The position numbers and the translations under genes are program-made. From assembly GCA_041168925.1 (NCBI GenBank), contig JBEEJY010000005.1:2957-66956 (forward strand): DNA of 64,000 nucleotides, given 5' to 3'. The notes under the pieces were generated by a model, which saw only the letters and a program-made list of their open reading frames with translations, did no database searches and had not been told where the DNA came from. This document shows positions 17,216 through 27,519 of the stretch, one piece after another (the stretch's first letter is position 1; every line of letters starts with the position of its first letter). Source of the DNA: Candidatus Parcubacteria bacterium (GTDB lineage: Bacteria > Patescibacteriota > Minisyncoccia > Phycocordibacterales > UBA2100).

Positions 17216-20200
17216 AAAAATTGCGCAAGGTGCTGCTGCTGGGTTCGGGCGGCCTCAAGATAGGCCAGGCGGGAGAATTTGATTACTCTGGATCACAAGC
17301 GATCAAGGCGCTGAAAGAAGAAGGTCTTCATATCGTATTGATGAATCCAAACGTCGCGACGGTGCAGACCGACGTGCCATTCTCCGCTTCCCGTAAATAC
17401 ATGGGCACGCTCGCCGACACCGTCTACTTCCTTCCGCTCACCGAACAATTCGCGATCGAGATCCTCAAAAAGGAAAAACCGGACGCGATTCTGCTCTCCT
17501 TCGGCGGGCAGACGGCGCTCAATCTCGGTCTTGCGCTCGATGAAAGCGGCGAGCTGAAAAAACGCGGTGTCAAAGTCCTCGGGACGCCCGTCGCCGCGAT
17601 ACGCGATACCGAGGATCGCGATCTTTTCGTCAAGAGACTCGACGAGATCGGCGTGCATACGGCGAAAAGCCGCGCTGCCAGATCAGTCGATGAAGCGCTC
17701 GAGGCCGCCTCGGCAATCGGTTACCCGATCATGGTGCGCGCGGGCTTCGCGCTCGGCGGAGAAGGTTCGGGAGTCGTGCGGGATCCCGAAGAGCTCGCGA
17801 AAAAACTTGCCGAGGTGTTTTGCTCGACGCCTCAAGTCTTGATCGAAGAGTACCTCGGCGGCTGGAAAGAGATCGAGTACGAGGTGGTGCGCGACAAAGC
17901 CGATAACTGCATCGCCGTATGCAACATGGAGAATTTCGACCCGATGGGCATCCACACCGGCGAGAGCATCGTTGTCGCGCCGTCGCAGACGCTTTCAAAC
18001 GCCGAATATCACTCGCTGCGCGAGGTCGCGATCCGTACGATCCGACACCTTGGCATCGTCGGCGAGTGCAATATCCAATACGCGCTCGATCCGGCGAGCT
18101 CCGAATACCGCGTGATCGAGGTAAACGCTCGTCTCTCGCGCTCATCCGCGCTCGCTTCGAAAGCGACCGGCTATCCGCTCGCCTACGTCGCGGCGAAGTT
18201 GGCGCTCGGGTATGTCCTGCCGGAAATCAAGAATTCGGTGACCAAGAAGACCACCGCGTGTTTCGAGCCGGCGCTCGATTATCTCGCGCTCAAGATGCCG
18301 CGATGGGATCTCGCAAAATTCGACAACGCCGCGGAACGCATCGGGACTGAAATGAAGAGCGTGGGCGAAGTCATGGCGATCGGGCGATCTTTCGAGGAGG
18401 TGTTGCAAAAAGCGGTCCGTATGCTCAATACCGCCGGGGCGTCGCGATATTCCAACGCCGATCCCGATATACTGCAAAAAGAGATCGAATACCCGACGAC
18501 CGGCCGCATCCATGCGCTTCTTGCGGCGCTGCGCAATGGCGCGAGTATTGAGGAACTTTGCACGCTCTCTTCGATCGACCGGTGGTTTCTCGACAAGCTG
18601 AAGAACATCACCGACTTCGAGCACGAACTCCGGAATTCGGTGCTCGACCAAGCGCGACTCTTACGGGCAAAGAAGCTCGGCTTTTCCGACGCGCGGATCG
18701 CCGCGCTCGCCCACAACACGCCGTCCGACGTGCGAGCGTTGCGAAAATCATTCAAGATCGTGCCGGTCGTGAAGCAGATCGATACGCTCGCGGGAGAATT
18801 TCCCGCCGAGACCAATTACCTCTACATGACCTACCACGGGAGCGAGAATGACGTGCGTCCGGGCAAAAAGCAAGTCGCCGTCCTCGGGAGCGGCCCGTAT
18901 GCGATCGGCTCTTCGGTCGAATTCGACTGGTCGTGCGTGCAGGCTCTGAAGACTCTGAAGCGCTCGGGTAAAAAAACCATCATGATCAATTCCAATCCGG
19001 AAACGGTCTCGACCGATTACGATATGTCGGACCGTCTTTATTTCGAAGAGCTCACCGACGAACGCGTCCTCGACATCCTTGATTTCGAGAAGCCGCTCGG
19101 CGTCGTAGTCTCGACCGGCGGCCAGATACCAAACAATCTCGCGCTCTTGCTTCACAGGGCGAGAATTCCGATCTTCGGCACTTCGCCTGTCGATATCGAC
19201 CGCGCCGAAAATCGCCACGTGTTTTCGAAATTGCTCGACGAGCTTGGCGTCGAACAAGCGCCGTGGGCGGAACTCAAAACCGACGAATCGACGATCATCT
19301 TCGCGAACTCGATCGGCTACCCGGTCTTGGTGCGGCCATCGTACGTGCTTTCGGGCGCGGCGATGAAGGTCGCGTACGACGAGCAGTCGCTCCTGCGATT
19401 CTTGAAGCGCGCGACCGACGTCTCGAGCGATCATCCGGTCGTGATTTCGAAATTCATCGAGAACGCGCGCGAAATCGAGATCGACGGAGTCGCGCAAAAG
19501 GGCGACCTCGCGATTTATGCGATCACCGAACACGTCGAAAACGCCGGAACGCACTCCGGAGACGCGACGGTCGTCCTTCCGCCGCAACGCACCTACCTTG
19601 AGACCGTGCGCCAGGCGAAACGGATCACCAAGTCGATCATAAAGGCGCTCAAGATCACGGGACCGTTCAATATCCAATTCCTCGCCAAGGACAATCGGCT
19701 CTTCGTGATCGAGTGCAACGTGCGCGCGAGCCGTTCATTTCCCTTCGTCTCGAAGGTGACGGGATATAATTTCATCGACATCGCGATCCGTGCGATGCTC
19801 GGAGAAAAGATCGAGGGCGATTACCGCACGCTCGAACTCGAGACGGTGGCCGTAAAATCTCCGCAATTCTCATACAGCCGCATTAAGGGAGCCGACCCGC
19901 GCACTGGGGTCGAGATGGCATCGACCGGCGAGGTCGCGACGTTCGGAGATTCGTATGCCGAAGCGCTTCTCACTTCCATGATCGCGGCGGGGTTTCGTTT
20001 GCCGAAGAAAAACATCCTCGTCTCGCTCGGCGGCGAAGAAAGCAAAATGAAACTCCTGCCTGCTATGCGGTTGCTTGCCGACATGGATTTCAAGCTGAAC
20101 GCGACCGAACACACGGCCGATTTTCTCCTGCAAAACGGCATAGCGTGCGAAAGAGTATTCAAGATAAGTTCGCGCGAAGATCCCAACGTCGCGGCGCTTT

Positions 20201-20421
20201 TGCAAGCCGGCGGGCTCGATCTCATCATCAACATTCCGACGCGCGCCTTCGCGGGCGAGACGACCGACGGCTCGATCATCCGCCGCAAGGCCGTCGACAT
20301 GAATATCCCGCTCATCACGAATCGCCAGCTCGCCGACGCGTTCATCTTCGCGCTGGCGGAACAGCGAGGAGCTGCTTTCGGAGCAAAATCATGGAACGAA
20401 TACCGCGCTCATCTGCGCTAG
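17212..20421 (+). CDS. carB: Carbamoyl-phosphate synthase large subunit
   Basis: [11 protein letters not shown], two ATP-grasp halves, [21 protein letters not shown]-terminal MGS domain. Confidence 0.97.
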   Translation: MKKLRKVLLLGSGGLKIGQAGEFDYSGSQAIKALKEEGLHIVLMNPNVATVQTDVPFSASRKYMGTLADTVYFLPLTEQFAIEILKKEKPDAILLSFGGQTALNLGLALDESGELKKRGVKVLGTPVAAIRDTEDRDLFVKRLDEIGVHTAKSRAARSVDEALEAASAIGYPIMVRAGFALGGEGSGVVRDPEELAKKLAEVFCSTPQVLIEEYLGGWKEIEYEVVRDKADNCIAVCNMENFDPMGIHTGESIVVAPSQTLSNAEYHSLREVAIRTIRHLGIVGECNIQYALDPASSEYRVIEVNARLSRSSALASKATGYPLAYVAAKLALGYVLPEIKNSVTKKTTACFEPALDYLALKMPRWDLAKFDNAAERIGTEMKSVGEVMAIGRSFEEVLQKAVRMLNTAGASRYSNADPDILQKEIEYPTTGRIHALLAALRNGASIEELCTLSSIDRWFLDKLKNITDFEHELRNSVLDQARLLRAKKLGFSDARIAALAHNTPSDVRALRKSFKIVPVVKQIDTLAGEFPAETNYLYMTYHGSENDVRPGKKQVAVLGSGPYAIGSSVEFDWSCVQALKTLKRSGKKTIMINSNPETVSTDYDMSDRLYFEELTDERVLDILDFEKPLGVVVSTGGQIPNNLALLLHRARIPIFGTSPVDIDRAENRHVFSKLLDELGVEQAPWAELKTDESTIIFANSIGYPVLVRPSYVLSGAAMKVAYDEQSLLRFLKRATDVSSDHPVVISKFIENAREIEIDGVAQKGDLAIYAITEHVENAGTHSGDATVVLPPQRTYLETVRQAKRITKSIIKALKITGPFNIQFLAKDNRLFVIECNVRASRSFPFVSKVTGYNFIDIAIRAMLGEKIEGDYRTLELETVAVKSPQFSYSRIKGADPRTGVEMASTGEVATFGDSYAEALLTSMIAAGFRLPKKNILVSLGGEESKMKLLPAMRLLADMDFKLNATEHTADFLLQNGIACERVFKISSREDPNVAALLQAGGLDLIINIPTRAFAGETTDGSIIRRKAVDMNIPLITNRQLADAFIFALAEQRGAAFGAKSWNEYRAHLR

Positions 20422-21434
20422 CGTTTCGCGATAATCGCTTTTTTGTACGTCTCGAGGTGTTTGAGCGCTTCGCCGGTGCCTTTGGCGACGCAAAACGGCG
20501 CGTCCTTGCCCACGCGCGCTTTGACACCGGTCCGGCGAAAGACGAGCTCGGGGAAATTGCGCAATAGGCTCGAACCGCCGGTCATCGTGATTCCGTTGTC
20601 GATGATGTCCGCCGCGAGTTCCGGCGGCGTATCCTGCAGCACGTCCTTGATCGCGTTGACGATCGTACGGAGCTCTTTGCCCATGGCTCGGACGACTTCA
20701 TTGGTGCCAAGCTCGATCGCGCGCGGCAATCCGGTGAGATGATCGCGACCTTTGACGGTTATGGTGAATTCTTCGTCCACCGGAACCGCGGAACCGACGT
20801 GGATCTTCACCTCTTCGGCCATTTTGTCGCCGATCCCGAGATTGTAGGTCTTCTTCACGTAATCCGCGATCGCATGATCGAGCGCGTTGCCCGCGCATTT
20901 TACCGACGTGGACGCCACGATGCCGCCGAGCGAGATGACCGCGACGTCCGTCGTGCCACCGCCGATATCGACGATCATGTGTCCCCGCGCCTCATGGATC
21001 GGAATACCGGCGCCGATTGCGGCTAGGATGGGCTCTTTGATTATGTATGCTTCTCGAGCGCCCGCTTTCGTCGCCGCTTCGACGACGGCGCGGCGCTCCG
21101 TCGAGGTGACGCCCGCCGGCACGGAGACCATCACTTCCGGACGAAAAAGATTCCACGGACCGAGCGATTTGCGGATATAGTAGCGAAGCATCGCTTCCGT
21201 GACTCGATAATCGGCGATAACGCCGTCTTTCATCGGGCGATACGCCACGATATCGTCGGGCGTGCGGCCGATCATCTCTTTCGCTTCGTTGCCGACTGCC
21301 AGTATCTTGTTGTCGGATTGGGAAACGGCGACGACCGACGGCTCGTTGAGGACGATCCCCTCGCCCGGAACAAACACGAGCACGGTCGTGGTACCAAGAT
21401 CAATCCCGAGTTTGGGTGAAAACGAGAATGCCAT
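20418..21434 (-). CDS. mreB: Rod shape-determining protein MreB
   Basis: GIDLGT, EPSVVA, RPMKDGVIAD, VDIGGGTT, TPPELAAD, TGGSSLL. Confidence 0.96.
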   Translation of the reverse strand: MAFSFSPKLGIDLGTTTVLVFVPGEGIVLNEPSVVAVSQSDNKILAVGNEAKEMIGRTPDDIVAYRPMKDGVIADYRVTEAMLRYYIRKSLGPWNLFRPEVMVSVPAGVTSTERRAVVEAATKAGAREAYIIKEPILAAIGAGIPIHEARGHMIVDIGGGTTDVAVISLGGIVASTSVKCAGNALDHAIADYVKKTYNLGIGDKMAEEVKIHVGSAVPVDEEFTITVKGRDHLTGLPRAIELGTNEVVRAMGKELRTIVNAIKDVLQDTPPELAADIIDNGITMTGGSSLLRNFPELVFRRTGVKARVGKDAPFCVAKGTGEALKHLETYKKAIIAKR

Positions 21435-21496
21435 AAGGTCACCATTGTATACGGCGGCTATGGTTTGACAAAATACCCGCGTTTTGCATTATTCTT

Positions 21497-21636
21497 CACG
21501 GAACGCTCGGGCTTCCCCGATTGCGGCGCCGGCCCCGGGACTTCTGCTCGAATCCCTCGTCGATCGCCTGCCCCCGGTGATTGAAGACGAGGGGAGGTCA
21601 TCCGTGTTTCCCCGCACGGGTGACCTCACTTTTTTT
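21497..21636 (+). ncRNA. Candidate structured small RNA A
   Basis: TTGACA at 21465 with weak -10; several hairpins; 13-bp terminal stem plus T7; no credible ORF. Confidence 0.4.
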
Positions 21637-21894
21637 ATATTTCTCCGGATTGAGCTCGTACCAGAATTTCTTGGAAAAATCATTCGCGTCGTCGCAGACT
21701 TTTTTTAGGTAGTAGAGATCCTTGGTCGGAATCTTCTCGAGGATCTTTCCCATCCGCGGAAGCGCGATCTTGGGGTAACCGTCTCGTACGCGCGAAGAGT
21801 TGAGGCGTTCGCAGAAATATTTCAAGAATTCGCCGCGCTCCGTCTCGCGCGTTTTCGACGCCGCTTTTTTGATATGTACGCTGATGTGCTTCAT
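21598..21894 (-). CDS. Small basic hypothetical protein (98 aa)
   Basis: MKHISVHIKK..ERGEFLKYF..DLYYLKKVCDDANDFSKKFWYEL; helical, protein-like composition. Confidence 0.75.
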   Translation of the reverse strand: MKHISVHIKKAASKTRETERGEFLKYFCERLNSSRVRDGYPKIALPRMGKILEKIPTKDLYYLKKVCDDANDFSKKFWYELNPEKYKKSEVTRAGKHG

Positions 21895-21941
21895 ACAATC
21901 CGAATATTGAACGAAATGGGCTCTTGGAGTATAAATGATAT

Positions 21942-22075
21942 GCGGCACACCCCATAGGCTCATGAAAGGCTGAAAGGGCAAAACGATGCCGTGACGCCTC
22001 CTAGCGCGTTTGTTGCGCACCTTGCCGGATTGTGCAGAGGGTTCATTCCCCGACCTGCCTCCGGCACTTTTTTTT
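21942..22075 (+). ncRNA. Candidate structured small RNA B (or cis-regulator of def-fmt)
   Basis: TTGAAC (21907) N17 TATAAA (21930); stems GCGGCA/TGCCGT and TGCCGGA/TCCGGCA; T8 at 22068-75; only 2-5 codon ORFs from ATG. Confidence 0.45.
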
Positions 22076-22102
22076 ACCCGAAATAACGATATAGTTGGCC
22101 GA

Positions 22103-22648
22103 ATGAGAACCATCCTTGCCGAAGCACAAAACCCTGCGCTCAGGGAAATCGCGCGAGAGATACCCCTTAAAGACATCCGCGAAAAACATATCCGCTCTCT
22201 CATCAAAGACATGAGATCGCTTCTCGCAAAGGAGGAATACGGAGTGGCGCTTGCCGCTTCGCAAGTCGGAGAGCCCATTCGGCTTTTCGTCGTATCCGGT
22301 CGCGCAATCGCGAGAGATTCTCGCAACGCCCCGGACGAGCCGGAAAAGAAAGAGGATCAACCCGCGCTCCCGGACCAGGTCTATATCAATCCGGTGCTTA
22401 CCAAGATGTCTCGCAGGCGCGTTGATAAACACGAGGGCTGTCTTTCTATCCGCGGCAAGTGGGGCGAAGTGCCGCGCGCGGAAAAAGCGACGATCCGCGC
22501 TTACGACGAGACGGGTCGCATCTTCACGCGCGGGGCTTCGGGTTTTCTCGCGCATATATTCCAGCATGAAATGGATCATCTCGAGGGCATTCTCTACACC
22601 GACAAAGCGACGCATCTTTATGATGAATCAGACGCCAAACGAGACTAG
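22103..22648 (+). CDS. def: Peptide deformylase
   Basis: GVALAASQVG, EGCLS, QHEMDHLEG. Confidence 0.96.
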   Translation: MRTILAEAQNPALREIAREIPLKDIREKHIRSLIKDMRSLLAKEEYGVALAASQVGEPIRLFVVSGRAIARDSRNAPDEPEKKEDQPALPDQVYINPVLTKMSRRRVDKHEGCLSIRGKWGEVPRAEKATIRAYDETGRIFTRGASGFLAHIFQHEMDHLEGILYTDKATHLYDESDAKRD

Positions 22649-23405
22649 ATTCGTCTTTTTCGGCACCACGCCGCTTAAAGAAGGCGTGCTCGCCGAACTG
22701 GCAAAGGCCGGCTTCCTCCCCGCGCTCGCGATAGAAGGCCCAATCACGGCGGAACTCGTCGATGAGCTCGACAAAACGGCGTGGGATGTCTTTATCGTCG
22801 CTTCGTACGGACACAAGATTCCGTCGCGATTGCTCGGTATGCCGCGCCGCGGAGTCGTCAACGTGCATCCTTCGCTTCTTCCGCGACTTCGCGGCGCCTC
22901 CCCTATTCGCTCCGCCATATTGAACGACGAAAAAGAAACGGGCGTCTCGATCATACGGCTCGATGATATGCTCGACCACGGTCCGCTCATCGCGCAGAAG
23001 AAAGTATCCGTATCGCCATGGCCGCCGCGCGGCCGCGCGCTCGATCAGCTTCTCGCCCGCGAGGGCGGCGCTCTGCTCGCGACGGTGCTGCCGCCGTGGC
23101 TGCGCGCAAAGATCGAGGCGCGGCCGCAAAACGACGACCTCGCGACGTACTGCCGCTCGTTCAAAAAAGAAGACGGGCGCATCTCGCTCTCAGACGATCC
23201 GCACCGCAATTTTCTCAAGATCCGGGCGTTTGAAGGCTGGCCGGGCACGTATTCCTTTTTCGAACGCGCCGGAAAGAAGCTGCGCGTGCAAATCTTGGAC
23301 GCGCACCTGCAAGACGGCAAACTGATGATCGACGCGGTCAAACCGGAAGGAAAACGCGAGATGCCCTATCAAGATTTCCTGCGCTCGGGCGCGAAGCCCG
23401 TTTAA
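22623..23405 (+). CDS. fmt: Methionyl-tRNA formyltransferase (compact)
   Basis: FVFFGT, VASYG, NVHPSLLPRLRGASPI, LDHGP, IRAFEGWPG; overlaps def. Confidence 0.92.
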   Translation: MNQTPNETRFVFFGTTPLKEGVLAELAKAGFLPALAIEGPITAELVDELDKTAWDVFIVASYGHKIPSRLLGMPRRGVVNVHPSLLPRLRGASPIRSAILNDEKETGVSIIRLDDMLDHGPLIAQKKVSVSPWPPRGRALDQLLAREGGALLATVLPPWLRAKIEARPQNDDLATYCRSFKKEDGRISLSDDPHRNFLKIRAFEGWPGTYSFFERAGKKLRVQILDAHLQDGKLMIDAVKPEGKREMPYQDFLRSGAKPV

Positions 23406-23767
23406 TCCAGGCGCAGCAATCGTTTCGCGAACGCTCCTCCGCGCCGGTAGAGCCTGATGTGCAACTTCCGCTCGCGCCGGAGCTGGCGCTCCGTCTCCTC
23501 TTTCACGTCGTCGATCGCGCCGTTGATGCTCTCGGAATTGTTGCGGGCGTACGCTTTGGCGCCGCCCGGACAGATAATGTGGATCTCGGCGAAAAAAATA
23601 TTGGCGCCGTGGCGCGGCCGGCCCGCGTCGCGTCCAAGCTCTACTTCGCAACGCGCCAGCTGCGCATCCGCGCCGAGCAACTTTTCAAGCGACCGCAGAC
23701 GTCCGTTGAGGTACTCAGAAACATCCTGTGTCATTTGATAATCGGTCGTTTTTACTCTGATGTCCAT
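23402..23767 (-). CDS. hpf: Ribosome hibernation factor HPF/RaiA
   Basis: S30AE-like: YLNGRLRSLEK, FFAEIHI, INGAIDDVKEETERQLRRERK. Confidence 0.85.
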   Translation of the reverse strand: MDIRVKTTDYQMTQDVSEYLNGRLRSLEKLLGADAQLARCEVELGRDAGRPRHGANIFFAEIHIICPGGAKAYARNNSESINGAIDDVKEETERQLRRERKLHIRLYRRGGAFAKRLLRLD

Positions 23768-23772
23768 ACGTA

Positions 23773-24381
23773 TTATTTTCGCTTATACATGCCGATAAGT
23801 TCCGCTTGTCCGAGTACATGGCCCTGCATCGCCTTCAGCACATCCGACTTCGACGCGCCTTCTTGAAGCGGCAAATCGGTATCGAGCGCATACAGCCTGA
23901 AGACGTAGCGGTGCATTGAGGGCTCGTACTGAGCCGGCGGGCACGGACCCGTGTACCCATTTTTCCCCGCCCCGTTTCCCCCAGGCATGCCCGCGGTGCC
24001 GCCCGCCGCGAGCTCCGTCGTCGAGGGAGGAATGTTGAATAACACCCAGTGGTCGAACACGCCGTCTGGCTTCAACTGCTTTGGCACATCTGGATCGTCC
24101 ATGATAAGCGTGAGCGACCGGGCGCCTTCGGGCACGCCCGCCCACGAAAGCGACGGCGACTTATTCTCGCCGTCGCAGGTGAACGGAGACGGAATCGCGG
24201 AACCTGCGGCAAAGGCGGAACTTGTCAGCGAAAATTCCGATTTGTTCATAGAGGCGGAGCTGCTGGTACTGCTCATCGTAACAGTATCAGGCGCGTTCGT
24301 GAACCCCTGATGAGCCGCCAGCCACAACCCGGCACCGATGATAAGAGCGCCGAGCCCTACGATTGCCAACGCATTGCGCAT
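23773..24381 (-). CDS. YbhB/YbcL (PEBP) family exported protein
   Basis: LTSSAF, TCDGENKSPSLSW, MDDPD, FDHWVLFNIP, YTGPCPP, HRYVFRLYALD. Confidence 0.93.
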   Translation of the reverse strand: MRNALAIVGLGALIIGAGLWLAAHQGFTNAPDTVTMSSTSSSASMNKSEFSLTSSAFAAGSAIPSPFTCDGENKSPSLSWAGVPEGARSLTLIMDDPDVPKQLKPDGVFDHWVLFNIPPSTTELAAGGTAGMPGGNGAGKNGYTGPCPPAQYEPSMHRYVFRLYALDTDLPLQEGASKSDVLKAMQGHVLGQAELIGMYKRK

Positions 24382-24398
24382 CGGGATATTCTACCATT

Positions 24399-27300
24399 TC
24401 AGTCGCGGACGATCTCCGCGGGAAGCTTGCCCGGCCACCGGTATACGAGCGTCGGGATCAGGACGAGCGTAAGTATCATGGCAAACGTGAGGCCGAAAAG
24501 AATCGCGAGCGCAAGCGGCCCGAACAGCGCCGAAGCGAACGTGAGCGGCACCATGCCGATCACGGTGGTGATCGTCGTAAGCACGATGGGACGAAGCCGC
24601 GTTACGGCCGCTTCGACAATGATGTCGGAAAAGGGTCGTCCGGCGCCGGTGCGTATGCGCTTGATGATCGCGTCCATGAGAATGATGGCGTGGTTGATGA
24701 TGACACCTGCAAGCGCGATGACGCCCATCATAGAAGGAAAAGAGAGTGGTTGCAGCGCGAGCGTGAGTCCGCCGAAGACGCCGATGAGCGAGAGCGGGAC
24801 GATCGAAAGAAGGTAGAAGGTGAAGCGGAAGTTGTTGAACGCCAGCACGAGGATGATGAACATGAGCGCGAGCCCCGCGATGAGCGCATAGCCCATCTCG
24901 GCGAATGACTTATTGGTCTCTTCATTTTCCCCACCGACACTCTCCGTAATACCCGGCGGGAGCTTGTCGCTCGGAAATGCCTTGTGAAATGCGGCCAATA
25001 CCTCGCCCGCGGTATAGCCCGGTAAGACGTCGCTCGAGAGCGTAAGCACGCGCTCGCGATTTTCGTGAGCGATCATCGCGTCGCTTCGGGAGATCCCCTC
25101 TTTCACCACCGAGCCGAGCAGCACGATGTTGCCCGACGGTGTCTTAAGAGGAATTTGCCGCAGCGAATCGATCGTTGTGCGCGAAGCGTCGTGAGGATCC
25201 GCGAAATTCGGATTGAGATTGAGCGAGACCACGATATCGACATCTTTCTCGCCTCCCGTCAGCTTCGTCGCCGCCACACCGGAGATCGCCGTGCGCAAAA
25301 CTGCCGCGACGGCCGAGGGCGAGAGCCCGAGTGCCGCGAGCTTGCCGCGGTCGATCGAGAGCGAATATTGCGTGCCGCTGAATTTGTTGGAGGTGTCGAC
25401 CGTCGTCGCGCCCTTTGTCTTCTCAAGCGCGTCGCGCGCTTGCGAGACCGTCTCGCTCAAGAGATCGCGGTCGAGCCCCGAATATTTGACGAGCACCGCG
25501 GCGCCGACCGGGGGGCCGCCGCTTGGCTCGGCCGCCCGGATTTCCGCGACATGGAGCGGCGCGAGTTTCTCTTTCACGTCTTGCAGGATCTCGCTCGAAC
25601 TTTGGGAGCGTTTCTTGACAAAATTGATGGTGATGTTGGCAAAGCGCGGATCGCTTTGCGGGCCCATGCCGGTCGAATCGGAAAACATGCTTTGCGAGCC
25701 GACGGTCGTCACGAGCGACTCGAATCGCGGATCGCCGTAGAGCGCCTCTTCGACCGCGCGCGTGGCAAGGTCCGTCGCGTTGAGATCGGTGCCCGCCGGC
25801 TTTTCGATGTCTACATAGAGGAAATCGCTATCGTCAGTCGGAAAGAAACTCACCTTCATGAGCCCGACCACGGGGAGCGAGAGCGCGATAATAAATGCGA
25901 TGAACATGCCGGAGAAAAAGCGATTCTGCGCCTTGCGATTGCGCAAGAATGATCCGAGATGCGCGGCGTACCATTGCCGCGCGCGCTCCGCATACTCTTC
26001 CTGTTTTTGCGTCAGCTCCGTTTCTTCGCGAACGGAGAACATGTTGGCGAGCGTGGGGACGAGTCCGAGCGCCACGAAGATCGACGCAATGAGGACGAAA
26101 ATAAGGGTAAACGGGATCGAAGCGATGAATTTCCCGACAATGCCGGAGATGAAAAAGAGCGGCGCGAAGACGGCGACGGTCGTCATCGTCCCGCCGATCA
26201 AGGGCCAGGCGTATTCATGGAGCGATTCGAGTGCGGCGCGCTCCTTGTCGCCGAATATGCGCGTGCGCGTGTGGATCGCTTCCACGATGACGATTCCGGA
26301 ATCGACCAAAATGCCGATGGCGAGAATGAGCGAGAAGAGCGAAACGATGTTGAAGGTATTTCCGCTGTACCAGAGCCCCACGAAAGCGATGAGGAACGAG
26401 AGCGGGATCGAAAGGCCGGCGACAACGGATTCCCGCCAGCCGATCGTCGCAAAAAGCGAGAGCATGACGAGAAAGACGGTCTCGAGCCCCGTACGCGTGA
26501 GCTCGGAGAGGTTCTTTTGCACCTCATCGCCTGCGTCGTAGGAAACGACGACATCGCTTCCGTCAAGAAGCGCGCCAGGCATTTGCAGTTCGGCCAAGCG
26601 CTTTTTCACCGCAGCCGTTACCGTTGTGATGTCGTAGCCGCGCACCTTGAGAACCGAGAGCGTCATCGCCTGCCGCGAAGGTTCTCCCGCAAGGGAAATG
26701 CGCGAGTAAGAGGTCGCCTTTTCGACGCCGTCGGATACGTCGGCAATGTCCCGCAGATAGATGACCTGCCCTCCCACCTGCAAAATAGCGATGCCGCCGA
26801 TATCGGAGACGTCATCGAGACTGCCACGGAAATCGATCGCATACGAAATATCATCCACGGTGATCGAGCCGACCGGCAGCGATGCGTTGGACGCTGCGAT
26901 TGCCGAAACGACGTCGGAAAGCGAGATACCGAGGCGCGCGAGCTCTTCTTTGCGTACCACTACTTGTATCTCACGGTTGCGCACTCCGGATACTTCTGCG
27001 CGGTTCACGCCCGGCACCGTTTGAAGCTCGCGCTTGATATCCTCGCCGAGCTTGGCGAATTGCGCGGGCGGCAGATCGCCGGAAACCGAAATAAGCTGGA
27101 TCGGCTGGTCGACAAAATTGACGTCCGAGACGACGGGCGTCTTCGCGTCGGTCGGGAGATCCGGGACGACCTTGTCCACTTCGTCTTTCAGCTTTTGGAT
27201 GGACCTCGTGAGATCGGCGTTGGCCGTGAATTCTACGGTGACGATCGAGAGCCCCTCGCGCGAGGACGAGGTGAGTTTGGAGAGATCGGAAAGATTAGCC

Positions 27301-27515
27301 AATCTCTCTTCTACCTTATTCGTGACGAGGCGTTCGACATCTTCCGGAGAGGCGCCCGGCAACACGATCGAGACGACGCCGACCGGTATCTGGATCTCGG
27401 GAGTCGATTCTTTCGTTATCCTAAACGCGGCGATCGTCCCCCAGAGACAAAATCCCAGTATGACGAGTACGGTGAACTGCCGTTTCTCGAGAAAGAATTT
27501 CCAAACCGACCACAT
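24399..27515 (-). CDS. RND efflux permease (AcrB/AcrD/AcrF family)
   Basis: PGASPEDVE, IGILVDSGIVIVE, TTVAVFAP, RLRPIVLTT; about 1040 aa. Confidence 0.95.
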   Translation of the reverse strand: MWSVWKFFLEKRQFTVLVILGFCLWGTIAAFRITKESTPEIQIPVGVVSIVLPGASPEDVERLVTNKVEERLANLSDLSKLTSSSREGLSIVTVEFTANADLTRSIQKLKDEVDKVVPDLPTDAKTPVVSDVNFVDQPIQLISVSGDLPPAQFAKLGEDIKRELQTVPGVNRAEVSGVRNREIQVVVRKEELARLGISLSDVVSAIAASNASLPVGSITVDDISYAIDFRGSLDDVSDIGGIAILQVGGQVIYLRDIADVSDGVEKATSYSRISLAGEPSRQAMTLSVLKVRGYDITTVTAAVKKRLAELQMPGALLDGSDVVVSYDAGDEVQKNLSELTRTGLETVFLVMLSLFATIGWRESVVAGLSIPLSFLIAFVGLWYSGNTFNIVSLFSLILAIGILVDSGIVIVEAIHTRTRIFGDKERAALESLHEYAWPLIGGTMTTVAVFAPLFFISGIVGKFIASIPFTLIFVLIASIFVALGLVPTLANMFSVREETELTQKQEEYAERARQWYAAHLGSFLRNRKAQNRFFSGMFIAFIIALSLPVVGLMKVSFFPTDDSDFLYVDIEKPAGTDLNATDLATRAVEEALYGDPRFESLVTTVGSQSMFSDSTGMGPQSDPRFANITINFVKKRSQSSSEILQDVKEKLAPLHVAEIRAAEPSGGPPVGAAVLVKYSGLDRDLLSETVSQARDALEKTKGATTVDTSNKFSGTQYSLSIDRGKLAALGLSPSAVAAVLRTAISGVAATKLTGGEKDVDIVVSLNLNPNFADPHDASRTTIDSLRQIPLKTPSGNIVLLGSVVKEGISRSDAMIAHENRERVLTLSSDVLPGYTAGEVLAAFHKAFPSDKLPPGITESVGGENEETNKSFAEMGYALIAGLALMFIILVLAFNNFRFTFYLLSIVPLSLIGVFGGLTLALQPLSFPSMMGVIALAGVIINHAIILMDAIIKRIRTGAGRPFSDIIVEAAVTRLRPIVLTTITTVIGMVPLTFASALFGPLALAILFGLTFAMILTLVLIPTLVYRWPGKLPAEIVRD

Positions 27516-27519
27516 GGTG

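Noticed and set aside
21955-21980. AGGCTGAAAGGG resembling a PyrR loop, or GGGCAAAAC resembling c-di-GMP-I
   Set aside because: Required stems and other conserved positions are missing, and no pyr gene follows
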